NCBI RefSeq assembly: GCF_901472495.1
Contig: NZ_LR590469.1
Coordinates: forward strand, 3,372,993-3,404,992
From: Yersinia enterocolitica subsp. enterocolitica
GTDB lineage: Bacteria > Pseudomonadota > Gammaproteobacteria > Enterobacterales > Enterobacteriaceae
Direction of reading: 5' to 3'
DNA: 32,000 bases
In this document: in pieces, positions 9,640 to 22,620 of the stretch
Layout of the letters: each line of letters begins with the position of its first letter
Numbering within the stretch: the stretch's first letter is position 1
Program-made: the position numbers and the translations under genes
The notes under the pieces: model-generated
Seen by the model: only the letters and a program-made list of their open reading frames with translations
The model's database searches: none
Told to the model about the DNA's origin: nothing

Positions 9640-10854
9640 ATGTTTCATCTCGATACCTATGGCACGCTAGTCGCGGCCTGTTTGGTTTTATTGTTAGGCC
9701 GAAAACTTGTACAAACTGTCCCTTTTCTAAAAAAATATACCATTCCTGAACCGGTTGCAGGTGGTCTGCTGGTGGCTTTTATGATGCTGCTGATGCAAAA
9801 GACCCTCGGTTGGGAAATCAGTTTTGATATGTCGTTGAAAGATCCTTTGATGCTGGCATTCTTTGCAACAATCGGCTTGAATGCCAACCTGGCCAGTTTA
9901 CGTGCTGGCGGCAAGGCCTTGAGTGTGTTTGTCTTTGTGGTCGTCGGCCTGCTACTGATGCAGAACGCGATTGGTATTGCTCTCGCGAAACTGATGGGGT
10001 TAGACCCGCTAATGGGTTTATTAGCCGGTTCAATTACATTATCAGGTGGGCACGGCACGGGGGCGGCGTGGAGTAAAGTGTTTGTTGAGCGCTATGGCTT
10101 TGAAAATGCAACCGAAGTGGCTATGGCCTGCGCAACATTTGGTCTGGTACTGGGTGGGTTGATTGGCGGCCCGGTAGCTCGCTATTTGGTAAAACACTCT
10201 TCCACACCGGATGGCACCCCAGAGGATAGCGAAATCCCTTCTGCTTTTGAAAAGCCCTCTGCTGGCCGTATGATCACCTCATTGGTATTGACCGAAACTA
10301 TCGCCATGATCGCGATTTGCCTCATGGTTGGCCAAGTGATCTCTGCCGGGTTGCAGGGCACGATGTTTGAATTACCGACTTTTGTTTGTGTGTTATTCGT
10401 TGGGGTTATTCTCAGTAACACGCTGTCGGCAATCGGCTTCTATAAAGTGTTTGATCGCGCAGTCTCGGTGCTGGGTAATGTCAGTTTGTCTCTATTCCTG
10501 GCAATGGCTTTGATGAGTCTAAAGTTGTGGGAGCTGGCGTCATTGGCATTGCCGATGTTGGTGATTCTGTCGGTACAGGCATTGGCGATGGCACTGTACG
10601 CTATCTTCGTTACTTACCGGTTGATGGGCAAAAACTATGATGCGGCAGTGTTAGCTGCGGGGCATTGTGGTTTTGGTTTAGGCGCGACACCGACGGCTAT
10701 TGCCAATATGCAGGCCATCACTGACCGTTTCGGCCCATCGCATTTAGCCTTCCTGGTGGTGCCAATGGTTGGTGCGTTCTTTATTGATATCGTCAATGTG
10801 ATCGTGATTAAGCTATATCTGTTGCTGCCAATCTTCCCAGCAGTTGTGGGATAA
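9640..10854 (+). CDS. gltS: Sodium/glutamate symporter
   Basis: Collinear with remembered E. coli GltS from MFHLDT. A GGAG lies 8 nt upstream of the ATG at 9640. The ORF-track start at 9535 adds 35 non-conserved residues. Confidence 0.95.
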   Translation: MFHLDTYGTLVAACLVLLLGRKLVQTVPFLKKYTIPEPVAGGLLVAFMMLLMQKTLGWEISFDMSLKDPLMLAFFATIGLNANLASLRAGGKALSVFVFVVVGLLLMQNAIGIALAKLMGLDPLMGLLAGSITLSGGHGTGAAWSKVFVERYGFENATEVAMACATFGLVLGGLIGGPVARYLVKHSSTPDGTPEDSEIPSAFEKPSAGRMITSLVLTETIAMIAICLMVGQVISAGLQGTMFELPTFVCVLFVGVILSNTLSAIGFYKVFDRAVSVLGNVSLSLFLAMALMSLKLWELASLALPMLVILSVQALAMALYAIFVTYRLMGKNYDAAVLAAGHCGFGLGATPTAIANMQAITDRFGPSHLAFLVVPMVGAFFIDIVNVIVIKLYLLLPIFPAVVG

Positions 10855-10893
10855 TTCTGTTGTAAGATCATTCTGTTGTAAGATAATAGTTTT

Positions 10894-10917
10894 AAGGGGC
10901 GGTTTTATCCGCCCCTT
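10894..10917. terminator. Bidirectional hairpin terminator between convergent gltS and recG
   Basis: aaggggcgg / ttttat / ccgcccctt, flanked by T- or A-rich sequence on both sides. Confidence 0.6.
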
Positions 10918-10922
10918 ATTCA

Positions 10923-13004
10923 TCAAGCATTTGTATAACGCGTGCGCTCTGGTAGCCAGCGTTCTATCAATGCCTGCGCATGTTCGGGATATTGTTGATG
11001 TAGGTGGCGAGCTACCCGTTGCACTTCTGGGATCATTGCTTGGTCACGCAGTAAATCAGCCACTTTAAACTCGGCACTGCCGGTCTGACGTGTGCCTAAG
11101 AGCTCGCCGGGGCCACGTATTTCCAAATCCCGCTGAGCAATAACAAAACCGTCATTACTGTCGCGCAACACTTGCAAACGCATCTGAGCCGTTTTACTCA
11201 GCGGCGTTTTATACAGCAGAACACAGTGTGAAGCGACAGCACCACGGCCAACACGGCCACGTAACTGATGTAATTGCGCTAATCCTAATCGCTCTGGGTT
11301 ATCGATAATCATCAAACTGGCATTTGGAACATCAACCCCAACTTCAATGACTGTGGTGGCAACCAGTAACTGCAATTCACCTTGCTTAAAGGCTAACATA
11401 ACAGCCTGTTTTTCTGGCCCTTTCATCCGTCCATGAACCAAACCGACTTTAATCTCCGGCAAGGCGATTTTCAGCTCTTCGCAGGTGACTTCAGCAGCCT
11501 GAGCTTCTAACAGTTCAGATTCTTCAATTAAGGTACAAACCCAATAAGCTTGCCGCCCCTCTTCTAAACAGGCATTTTTGACCCGTTGAATAACATCACT
11601 GCGGCGGGTATCCGGAATTGCCACTGTCGTGACCGGAGTTCTACCCGGTGGCAGTTCATCGATTACTGAGGTATCAAGATCAGCATAGGCAGTCATGGCC
11701 AATGTTCGGGGAATGGGTGTTGCGGTCATAATCAACTGGTGCGGATGGAAGCCTTGCTCCTCGCCCTTTTCCCATAATGCGAGCCGCTGATGAACACCAA
11801 AACGATGCTGCTCATCAATAATAACGAGAGCTAATCCAGAGAATTGTACTTGTTCCTGAAACATGGCGTGAGTCCCCACGACCATAGAGACTTGGCCACT
11901 AGCGACCGCTTCTTGTTGTGCCAGGCGCGCCTTGCCTTTTTGTTTCCCAGCCAACCAGCCAACTTCCAAGCCTAAAGGCTCCAGCCACTGGCGGAAAGTA
12001 TTCGCATGCTGTTCAGCCAGTAATTCAGTCGGCGCCATCAATGCAACCTGCTTACCGTGCGCAATAGCGCGCAGTGCAGCCAGTGCGGCAACCAGTGTTT
12101 TGCCAGAACCCACATCCCCTTGAATCAGCCGCATCATGGGGTAGCTATGCGTCATATCTTGTTCGATTTCCGCCACGACCCGCTGCTGGGCATGGGTTGG
12201 CGTGAAGGGCAATGCCGCAAGAAAACGTCGTTTAAGTTGTTCTTCGGGTAACAGTGGTAGCGCCCGATAGCTCTGCGCTCCCGCTCTGACTGCCAGCATA
12301 CTGAGGTTATGGGCTAGCAATTCTTCCATTATTAGGCGCCGCTGTGCGGGATGTTTGCCCTGCTCTAAATCAGCTAGTTGAATATCTGCTGGTGGACGAT
12401 GCAAAATATGAATAGCTTCTGGCAAGCTGATCAGTGAGCGGCTTAATTCAATCGGTAGCAATTCGGCAATAACACTGGAGTCCAGCATCGCCAGTGCTTG
12501 ATCAATCAGTTTACGCAATGTTGCCTGACGAATACCTTCCGTGGTGGGGTAAACGGGGGTCAATGACTCCTGCAATTCAACACCAATATTTTCGCCATGC
12601 ACCCGATATTCTGGATGAATGATTTCTGGGCCGGTATTACCCCGTTTAGCTTCACCATAGGCAATCACATGCTTGCCTGGAGATAAGCTATTTTTCATCG
12701 CGGCATTGAAGTTGAAAAAGCGCAGGGTAAGCACACCGCTACCATCGCTGATTTGGCAGGTCATCATACGGCGGCGGCCAAAACTGATATCTGAACGGAG
12801 AACTTCACCTTCAACAGTGACCGACAGTCCGGGCAACAGATCGCCAATTCGGTATAACCTGGTGCGATCCTCATAACGTAACGGAAGGTGAAGCAACAGA
12901 TCTTGAATGGTTTCCAGCCCCATCTTCGCCAGCTTTCCAGCCTGACTGGCACCAACACCGGAAAGTGTACTCAGGGGTACGGCATCCAGTAGGCGACCTT
13001 TCAT
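10923..13004 (-). CDS. recG: ATP-dependent DNA helicase RecG
   Basis: 693 aa with helicase motifs (GDVGSGKT, DEQHRFG) and the E. coli length. It sits in the conserved spoT operon position. Confidence 0.97.
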   Translation of the reverse strand: MKGRLLDAVPLSTLSGVGASQAGKLAKMGLETIQDLLLHLPLRYEDRTRLYRIGDLLPGLSVTVEGEVLRSDISFGRRRMMTCQISDGSGVLTLRFFNFNAAMKNSLSPGKHVIAYGEAKRGNTGPEIIHPEYRVHGENIGVELQESLTPVYPTTEGIRQATLRKLIDQALAMLDSSVIAELLPIELSRSLISLPEAIHILHRPPADIQLADLEQGKHPAQRRLIMEELLAHNLSMLAVRAGAQSYRALPLLPEEQLKRRFLAALPFTPTHAQQRVVAEIEQDMTHSYPMMRLIQGDVGSGKTLVAALAALRAIAHGKQVALMAPTELLAEQHANTFRQWLEPLGLEVGWLAGKQKGKARLAQQEAVASGQVSMVVGTHAMFQEQVQFSGLALVIIDEQHRFGVHQRLALWEKGEEQGFHPHQLIMTATPIPRTLAMTAYADLDTSVIDELPPGRTPVTTVAIPDTRRSDVIQRVKNACLEEGRQAYWVCTLIEESELLEAQAAEVTCEELKIALPEIKVGLVHGRMKGPEKQAVMLAFKQGELQLLVATTVIEVGVDVPNASLMIIDNPERLGLAQLHQLRGRVGRGAVASHCVLLYKTPLSKTAQMRLQVLRDSNDGFVIAQRDLEIRGPGELLGTRQTGSAEFKVADLLRDQAMIPEVQRVARHLHQQYPEHAQALIERWLPERTRYTNA

Positions 13005-13697
13005 CTAAGACTCCGTGGATTGCATGGCAGACCACCATTGCGCATCGGCAATAACCTGACCCTGCTCATCAATATAAGGCTGAGGAAGCCCTTTACGTTT
13101 AGCCACTTGTGCCAGCACTGGGTAGCCACCTTCAAATAATAGCCGCTGTTGCTCATCTTCTGACAAAACACTCTGAGTTCGCTGATACATACCGGCATTC
13201 TGTCGTTGGCGCTGCGCTTCATATAAAATTAGCGCTGAAGCGACTGATACATTCAGTGATTGCACCATCCCGATCATCGGAATAATGATGTCTTTATCTG
13301 CCATGGCCAAGGCTTCTTTAGATATACCGGTTTTTTCCTGCCCCATTAAAATACAGGTTGGGCGGGTATAATCAATTTCACGGAAATCTACTGCTTTATC
13401 AGACAGATGAGTCGCGAGTATTTGCATGCCCTGCGACTTCAGATGAGTAATGGCATCGGTAATATGAGAGTGTGTTTTTACCTGAACCCAACTGTTGCTA
13501 CCGGCAGCCGAAGAGAGCCGAGTGTACATTGCAGGGGTAGGCCAAATCGCATGAATCTGATGAATACCGACGGCATCAGCAGTGCGAATAATCGCGGATA
13601 CATTATGAGGTTTATGTACTTCTTCCAGGCAAACCGTTAAGTCCGGCTGCCTGGTCGCAAGCATTTCACAAATCCGCGCATAGCGTTGAGGATTCAT
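13005..13697 (-). CDS. trmH: tRNA (guanosine18-2'-O)-methyltransferase (SpoU/TrmH)
   Basis: 230 aa SPOUT-family sequence located between spoT and recG, as in E. coli. Confidence 0.93.
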   Translation of the reverse strand: MNPQRYARICEMLATRQPDLTVCLEEVHKPHNVSAIIRTADAVGIHQIHAIWPTPAMYTRLSSAAGSNSWVQVKTHSHITDAITHLKSQGMQILATHLSDKAVDFREIDYTRPTCILMGQEKTGISKEALAMADKDIIIPMIGMVQSLNVSVASALILYEAQRQRQNAGMYQRTQSVLSEDEQQRLLFEGGYPVLAQVAKRKGLPQPYIDEQGQVIADAQWWSAMQSTES

Positions 13698-13702
13698 AGG
13701 CG

Positions 13703-15805
13703 TTAATTACGGTTACGGCTGACTTTGACCACATCTGGCATGATACGAATTTTACGCATAATGTTAGCCAGATGGACTCGGTCACGAGTAGTCAGGCGAA
13801 TAAAGGCGCTGTATACCCGGCCATCTTTCTCTTCAGTATTCAGGCTTTGAATATTAGATTCCGCCGCATTAATCGCTGCGGTCAGATTTGCCAGGGCACC
13901 TTGCTGGTTGAACATATCGACTTTTATTTCAGCAATAAACTCTTGCTCAGTCTCTTGGTCCCATTCAACCGCCATAAACTTCTCAGGCTCTTTCTGGTAG
14001 CCACGGATATTACGGCAGGATTCATGATGGATAACCAAGCCTTTACCCGGACTGATATGGGCGATAATGGGGTCACCAGGAATCGGACGGCAGCACTTGG
14101 CAAAAGTAATAAGGACACCATCGGCACCTTTAATTGCCAGATTACGTGTGCCAGAAGTTGCCAGTGTGGATGGGTCACCCAGCAGGTTTTTAGCCACCAC
14201 CACACTCATTGCATTACCCAAGCCAATTTCCGCCAGCAAATCATCCAGCGTCGCCAGCTTCATGCGATCTAGCTCATGTTTGATATTTTCTTCAGGAATA
14301 TCAGACAGTTTTCGACCATTCCCTAAAGCATGATTCAGTAATCGGCGGCCAAGACTTACCGACTCATCACGTTTCAGGTTTTTCAGCAATTGACGAATTT
14401 TGGCGCGTGCTTTAGAGCTGACAACAAAATTCAGCCAAGCGGCATTAGGTCTTGCACCTGGAGCGGTAATTATCTCAACAGTCTGACCACTGCTCAGTGG
14501 CTGAGAAAGTGGATAGGGCTGGCGGTCAACACGCGCGCCGACACAGGCATGACCAATATCGGTATGCACGGCATAAGCAAAATCAACAGGCGTTGCACCG
14601 GCAGGGAGTTCAACAATGCGCCCTTCCGGAGTGAAAACGTAAATCTCATCGGGGAACAAATCAGATTTTACACTTTCAATAAATTCAAATGAGCTGCCCG
14701 CGCTTTGCTGTAACTCCAGCAAACTTTGCATCCAGCGCTGAGCGCGGATCTGTGCGGTGGTGCCAGACTCACCTTGCTCTTTATAAGCCCAGTGTGCAGC
14801 AACCCCCATTTCGGCCATTTGATCCATATCTTCAGTACGGATCTGTACCTCAACCGGAACCCCATGAGGGCCGATTAATGAGGTATGTAACGATTGATAG
14901 CCGTTAGCCTTAGGGATAGCGATATAGTCTTTCACTCTACCGGGCCGTGGTTTGTACAGGCTATGAGCCTGACCTAACACGCGGTAGCAAGTATCAACTT
15001 CTTTGACGATAACCCGAAAAGCATAGATATCCATGATGGAGTGAAAGCGCTGCTCTTTCAGATTCATCTTGCAATAGATGGAATAGAGATGCTTTTCTCG
15101 ACCACTGACACGGCAAGGTATCCCCGCCTCCGTCAGACGCCCTTCAATCTCCGCCAGAATTTTTTGAATCATCTCTTTGCGGTTACCACGAGCAGCTTTC
15201 ACCACTTCTTTAATCACGCGGTAGCGATTGGGGTAGAGCGCTTCAAAACCCAGCTCTTCCAGCTCGGTTTTTAAATGATGAATACCCAGCCGGTGGGCCA
15301 ACGGGCTATATATTTCAAGGGTTTCGCGGGCAATACGACGACGCTTATCCGGGCGTAAGGAGCCCAGAGTTCGCATATTATGGGTGCGGTCAGCCAGCTT
15401 GATCAAAATGACGCGGATATCCTGCACCATCGCCATGATCATTTTGCGGAAGTTTTCCGCCTGGGCTTCTTTCTTGTCACGGAAGTTCAGTTTATCAAGT
15501 TTAGAGACACCCTCGACCAGCTCGGCTACGCTTTTCCCAAACAACTGCTCCATATCTTGATATGTGGCAGGAGTATCTTCAATGACGTCATGTAACAGCG
15601 CCGCCATTAAGGTTTCGTAATCGAGCCGCATCTCCGCGAGAATACAGGCCACAGCAACCGGGTGAGTGATATAAGGCTCACCACTGGAGCGTGTCTGACC
15701 CTCGTGAGCATCACGCGCGACAAGATATGCCTGTTTGAGGCGCTTAATCTGCTCCTCTGGCAGGTAACGTTGAATCAGCAGATTCAGGCTTTCAAACAGG
15801 TACAA
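13703..15805 (-). CDS. spoT: Bifunctional (p)ppGpp synthetase/hydrolase SpoT
   Basis: 700 aa, near-identical over long stretches to remembered E. coli SpoT (MYLFESLN..., HD domain, TGS and ACT regions). Confidence 0.97.
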   Translation of the reverse strand: MYLFESLNLLIQRYLPEEQIKRLKQAYLVARDAHEGQTRSSGEPYITHPVAVACILAEMRLDYETLMAALLHDVIEDTPATYQDMEQLFGKSVAELVEGVSKLDKLNFRDKKEAQAENFRKMIMAMVQDIRVILIKLADRTHNMRTLGSLRPDKRRRIARETLEIYSPLAHRLGIHHLKTELEELGFEALYPNRYRVIKEVVKAARGNRKEMIQKILAEIEGRLTEAGIPCRVSGREKHLYSIYCKMNLKEQRFHSIMDIYAFRVIVKEVDTCYRVLGQAHSLYKPRPGRVKDYIAIPKANGYQSLHTSLIGPHGVPVEVQIRTEDMDQMAEMGVAAHWAYKEQGESGTTAQIRAQRWMQSLLELQQSAGSSFEFIESVKSDLFPDEIYVFTPEGRIVELPAGATPVDFAYAVHTDIGHACVGARVDRQPYPLSQPLSSGQTVEIITAPGARPNAAWLNFVVSSKARAKIRQLLKNLKRDESVSLGRRLLNHALGNGRKLSDIPEENIKHELDRMKLATLDDLLAEIGLGNAMSVVVAKNLLGDPSTLATSGTRNLAIKGADGVLITFAKCCRPIPGDPIIAHISPGKGLVIHHESCRNIRGYQKEPEKFMAVEWDQETEQEFIAEIKVDMFNQQGALANLTAAINAAESNIQSLNTEEKDGRVYSAFIRLTTRDRVHLANIMRKIRIMPDVVKVSRNRN

Positions 15806-15823
15806 GGCAGACTCGCTGTCTAA

Positions 15824-16099
15824 TTAACGACGACCTTCAGCAATAGCGGTTACCGCTTGGATCTCTGCGGCTTCCTGCTCTTGCTGTTCTTGGCGTTCAC
15901 GCACATCGAGAATCTGATTAGTAATCAGGCCTTCTTCGATTTCACGCAACGCAATCACAGTAACTTTATCGTTTTCTTCTGGAACCAGTGCGTCTTTACC
16001 GCCGGACTGGATTTGACGTGCCCGACGAGCAGCGACCAACACCAGGTCAAAACGGTTACCAATTTTCTCTACAGCGTCTTGAACAGTTACGCGTGCCAT
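15824..16099 (-). CDS. rpoZ: RNA polymerase omega subunit
   Basis: 91 aa, [29 protein letters not shown]..., matches RpoZ. Confidence 0.97.
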
Positions 16100-16153
16100 A
16101 ATTCTGCTACTCCACAGGTGACGAAATGACTGGGCATGATACTGAAACTCTGT

Positions 16154-16786
<633 letters not shown>

Positions 16787-16963
16787 TCAGTTGATTAGGT
16801 TGATATGTAGAAAGCAGAAGTGTGAATCTCCGCACAGTATACACGGCTGCTACGCGTCATGCAGCGTTACAACGCATTTCACCTGAATGTTTCGCTCATA
16901 AACAGCACGTTTTTATGATTTTGCGGGAAGCATTGCGTAATTTCGGCTTGTTTCAGCAAGTGA

Positions 16964-18769
<1,806 letters not shown>

Positions 18770-18774
18770 TTGGG

Positions 18775-19392
18775 TTAATGTTCAGAATGCTCATACTTGA
18801 ATACTGGTAAGCCAAGCCGAAATCTCAGTGCCAGCAATCGAGCACTCAAGCCAGTGACTAACGTAATAACAACAACCCAGTTATGAGATAGTGGCGTGTA
18901 TTGTAGGGCGATATAGATCCACGCGGCAGCAAATGAGATACCGGCATAAATTTCTTTCTGAAATACCAGAGGGATACAATTACAGAACATATCGCGCAGG
19001 ACACCGCCAAAGACACCGGTAATTACAGCAGCTATGGCTGCAATGATAGTACTGTGCCCCATATCGAGAGCAATTTGTGCGCCAATAATAGAAAAAACGA
19101 TCAGCCCGATAGCATCAAGTACTAAAAATAGATGACGCAAGTGCTTCATTAATGGTGCCATCCATGTTGTGACAATAGCAGCAACAGCGACAATCACGAT
19201 ATATTCAGGATGCTTAACCCATCCAAGCGGATAGTGACCCAGTAGCATATCTCTGACTGAACCGCCACCAATAGCAGTTGCCGATGCAATGATGATGACG
19301 CCAAACATATCCATCTGACGGCGACCAGCAGCCAGTGCACCGGTCATGGCTTCAGCGGTGATACCGATAATATAAAGAACACTGAGTAGCAT
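18775..19392 (-). CDS. yicG: UPF0126/TRIC-like inner-membrane protein YicG
   Basis: 205 aa polytopic membrane protein with an internal two-fold repeat (GGGSVRDML / GGVLRDMF). It has the same length and position as E. coli YicG. Confidence 0.85.
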   Translation of the reverse strand: MLLSVLYIIGITAEAMTGALAAGRRQMDMFGVIIIASATAIGGGSVRDMLLGHYPLGWVKHPEYIVIVAVAAIVTTWMAPLMKHLRHLFLVLDAIGLIVFSIIGAQIALDMGHSTIIAAIAAVITGVFGGVLRDMFCNCIPLVFQKEIYAGISFAAAWIYIALQYTPLSHNWVVVITLVTGLSARLLALRFRLGLPVFKYEHSEH

Positions 19393-19698
19393 ATTGAATG
19401 TAATTTCTTAAGGGCGACAAAGGCGGCAGAGTAGCCATTAATCAAAGTTATCACGACTGAGATTTTCTAAACCATAAATTTCGGATTATTTAATCTAATC
19501 AAAATATTTATCACCCACTTAAAATACCTCAATAAAAAAACAATAATAGGATTACAAACCATTAATAAATCTAGGGTAAAAATCAATTATTGAGATGAGG
19601 TTAGCAAGTATTTGATGATAATCCTACCTGATTGCAGAGTGACTCATCCAATGGTAGCTTTTATCTCTATTTCATCTTTTATTTCAGTGGGATTCTTC

Positions 19699-20163
19699 AT
19701 GAGTCAGTGTATTCAATCGTTCCAATATCGTGCGGTGCTCTTGGCTGGCATCGCAGCGGTTGGAGTATTACTCAGCGGTTGCGTTGATAGAACGGGTCAG
19801 GCAAACACAGCAACGATTAAAGCTTCCCCTTCCACCTGTATTAAAGGTGAGCCGATGACACAAACGACGCTCTATTTTGGTTTGAACCGGCCTCATGGCC
19901 CGGTTATTTCAGCCACTGAATGGCAGTCTTTTGTTGATAATGATGTGACCAGCCGTTTTAAAGATGGCCTGACAGTTATTGATGCTAAAGGGCAATGGTT
20001 AGGCAATGATGGCACTGTAGCTAAAGAAAACAGTAAGGCATTGGTACTTATCCATAAAGCTGACAAAGAAACTGCTATTGAAACCTTACGCGCCCGCTAT
20101 AAACAACAGTTTGCGCAAGAATCGGTTATGCGGGTTGATGCTGCTGTTTGTGTTGATTTCTAG
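19699..20163 (+). CDS. Lipoprotein, DUF3574-like
   Basis: The start is set at MSQCIQSF, giving a signal peptide with lipobox LLSGC. The motif LYFGLNRP.G.VIS..EWQ.F....V...F.DGLTVIDAKGQW resembles the remembered DUF3574 family. Confidence 0.6.
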   Translation: MSQCIQSFQYRAVLLAGIAAVGVLLSGCVDRTGQANTATIKASPSTCIKGEPMTQTTLYFGLNRPHGPVISATEWQSFVDNDVTSRFKDGLTVIDAKGQWLGNDGTVAKENSKALVLIHKADKETAIETLRARYKQQFAQESVMRVDAAVCVDF

Positions 20164-20188
20164 CGGCGAGTATTGGATTAGAATTTTT

Positions 20189-20221
20189 GGCCTTTTATCT
20201 CCTGATTAGAGGTAAAAGGCC
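20189..20221. terminator. Bidirectional terminator between the lipoprotein gene and nupC
   Basis: A 13-bp stem ggccttttatctc / ctgatta / gaggtaaaaggcc (one mismatch), with a T run upstream on plus serving as the minus-strand tail. Confidence 0.6.
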
Positions 20222-20258
20222 GGTGATATTATTGATTTTATTCAGTCAGAGTGAGCTT

Positions 20259-21443
20259 TTACAAAACAAGCCCGGCAATGGTTGCAGAAAGTAAACTAAC
20301 TAAAGTTGAACCATACACTAGCTTTAATCCAAATCGTGAAACCACATTACCCTGCTGTTCATTCAGACCTTTAATAGCTCCCGCGACAATCCCAATAGAA
20401 GCAAAGTTAGCAAAAGAGACTAAAAATACAGAAAGAATACCCAAACCTCGTGGAGATATTTCGGCAGCCACTTTTTTCAGCTCAATCATGGCAACGAACT
20501 CATTTGCTACCAGTTTGGTCGCCATAATACTTCCTGCATGCAACGCATCTTGAGTTGGTATGCCAATTAATAGCGCCAGTGGATAAAATAGATATCCCAG
20601 CACTCCTTGGAAACTGATATGGAATAAGGTGCTAAATAAAGCATTAATCGCTGAAATAATGGCAATAAACCCGATTAACATTGCGGCTATTATCATCGCG
20701 ATTTTAAATCCCGCCAGAATATATTCCCCAAGCATTTCAAAAAAGCTTTGGTCTTCATGCAGGTTATTTAGTTTTAACTCAGGTTCCTCTGTTACGGGGT
20801 AAGGATTAATAATTGAAAGTACAATAAAAGTACTAAACATATTCAGTATGAGTGCTGTTACAACAAATTTTGGTTCTAGCATGGTCATATAAGCACTAAC
20901 AATTGACATAGAGACTGTCGACATTGCTGTGGCTGCCATGGTGTACATTCTGCGTGGCGATATATCGGCGATAATGCCTTTATAGGCAATGAAATTCTCT
21001 GATTGCCCCAGAATCAACGTACTCACAGCATTGAATGACTCTAGTTTACCCATGCCATTTACTTTGGATAGCAGGGTGCCTATCACCCGTATGATGAGGG
21101 GTAATATACGAAAATGCTGCAAAATACCAATCAATGCTGATACGAAAATAATTGGGCAAAGAACGTTGAGGAATATAAATGCCAGGCCTTGCTCATTCAT
21201 CCCGCCAAAAACAAAACTGGTGCCGATTGAAGCAAATTTCATCAAAGATTCGAATAATCCAGCAAAATACTTTATTGCACCTAACCCACTTTCCGAGTGT
21301 AAAAAGAAATAAGCCAGAGCAATCTCTATAATCAGTAGCTGAAAAATATAACGAAGTTTGATGTTTTTCCGATCATGGCTAGCCAGTAAAGCCAAAACTG
21401 CTATAGCAATCAATGCCAAAAGAAAATGCAGAATCTGCAACAT
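20259..21443 (-). CDS. nupC: Nucleoside:H+ symporter, NupC family
   Basis: 394 aa, collinear with remembered E. coli NupC ([44 protein letters not shown]). Confidence 0.9.
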   Translation of the reverse strand: MLQILHFLLALIAIAVLALLASHDRKNIKLRYIFQLLIIEIALAYFFLHSESGLGAIKYFAGLFESLMKFASIGTSFVFGGMNEQGLAFIFLNVLCPIIFVSALIGILQHFRILPLIIRVIGTLLSKVNGMGKLESFNAVSTLILGQSENFIAYKGIIADISPRRMYTMAATAMSTVSMSIVSAYMTMLEPKFVVTALILNMFSTFIVLSIINPYPVTEEPELKLNNLHEDQSFFEMLGEYILAGFKIAMIIAAMLIGFIAIISAINALFSTLFHISFQGVLGYLFYPLALLIGIPTQDALHAGSIMATKLVANEFVAMIELKKVAAEISPRGLGILSVFLVSFANFASIGIVAGAIKGLNEQQGNVVSRFGLKLVYGSTLVSLLSATIAGLVL

Positions 21444-21728
21444 AAGAAATCCGTCAGGGATGAAATTCAGTCAGCATTTTATCCATATCAGAAGATTTTT
21501 TTCATCTGAAATTCAATCCTCTTAAGAATATATATTCTACCGATTCTTTAATCGTGCGCTAAAGATGCCAGTTGTTTAAATTTTCACTGTTTTACTCATC
21601 ATTTATCCATTGGGTGACTCACTATTTATCTGCCAGCTTAATTGCCGTCATTAAGGAAAATTTAGCGCTTCCTCAAGGAGGATTAGGCGATAGGGCTACT
21701 TGTGTTTAACTCACTCATTGGATGGAAT

Positions 21729-22595
21729 ATGAATATGATTAATCTGCCTAGCTGCCGTTCATTTACCGAAGCCGGCCATTTATCTCAAATATCTGCTTAT
21801 TACGAAGAAGGTCGCAATACTTTATGGATGTTACTTCGTGCCCATCCACGGCCTTGTTTTAACCTGGAGTTAATTGAAAATATTATGACATTGGCTCAGG
21901 CTGCTAAGGAGTCAAAATTACCGATAGATTTTTGGGTAACAGGCTCAGTCGTACCCAATATGTTTAATGTGGGGGGCGATCTAAACTTTTTCGCCCAAAT
22001 GATTAAGAATCGTAAGCGCGAAGCGCTAATGGCATATGCTCGTGCTTGTGTCGATTGTGTTCACGCCGCTTCTCGCGGATTTGATACCGGTGCTATCTCT
22101 ATTGCGATGATTGAAGGCAGCGCATTAGGTGGGGGATTTGAGGCGGCATTGGCTCATCATTTTGTGTTGGCACAGACAACCGCTAGGATGGGTTTTCCGG
22201 AGATTGCATTTAATTTATTTCCTGGCATGGGGGGGTATTCACTAGTCGCCAGAAAGGCAGGTATGAGGGTGGCAGAACAACTGATTTGGACCGGGGAATC
22301 TCACGCGGCTGAGTGGTATGAGAGCCGAGGGTTAGTTGATAAGCTATTTCAGCCTGGGGATGCTTATATTGCGACACGCACATTTATAGACACTATCAGG
22401 CCTAAGCTAAATGGTATGAGGGCGATGGTTCGAGTCCGGCAGCGCGTTTTACAATTAACACGATCTGAATTAATGGACATTACAGAAGACTGGGTTGACT
22501 CTGCATTTTCTATTGAGCCGAAAGATATCGCCTATATTGAAAGGCTGGTTATGCTGCAAGATAGGCATACTTCGGGGATGCCAAAAGCGATATAG
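21729..22595 (+). CDS. rpfF: Crotonase-fold DSF-family signal synthase (RpfF-like enoyl-CoA hydratase/thioesterase)
   Basis: Crotonase motifs GGGFEAAL and FPEIAFNLFPGMGG carry the two Glu positions typical of RpfF. The gene is convergent with a PAS-GGDEF-EAL gene, as in the Burkholderia/Cronobacter rpfF-rpfR locus. The start is uncertain: GTG at 21702 or ATG at 21729. Confidence 0.65.
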   Translation: MNMINLPSCRSFTEAGHLSQISAYYEEGRNTLWMLLRAHPRPCFNLELIENIMTLAQAAKESKLPIDFWVTGSVVPNMFNVGGDLNFFAQMIKNRKREALMAYARACVDCVHAASRGFDTGAISIAMIEGSALGGGFEAALAHHFVLAQTTARMGFPEIAFNLFPGMGGYSLVARKAGMRVAEQLIWTGESHAAEWYESRGLVDKLFQPGDAYIATRTFIDTIRPKLNGMRAMVRVRQRVLQLTRSELMDITEDWVDSAFSIEPKDIAYIERLVMLQDRHTSGMPKAI

Positions 22596-22620
22596 TTTTA
22601 TATCTAATTAGTTTTTACAT

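Noticed and set aside
10855-10884. 14-bp direct repeat ttctgttgtaagat x2 just after the gltS stop
   Set aside because: It is a short, isolated duplication next to a terminator, with no further copies seen in the window. It is probably a local slippage duplication without evident function.
13772-15595. Several plus-strand ORFs (for example 13772-14272 at 166 aa, 14390-14692, 15041-15274, 15380-15595) and nested minus-strand ORFs inside spoT
   Set aside because: They lie antisense to, or out of frame within, a highly conserved full-length spoT. They have no SD and no recognisable motifs, which is typical of shadow ORFs in a GC-balanced gene.
20251-21312. Plus-strand ORFs 20251-20553 and 20989-21312
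   Set aside because: They are antisense to the full-length, well-conserved nupC.
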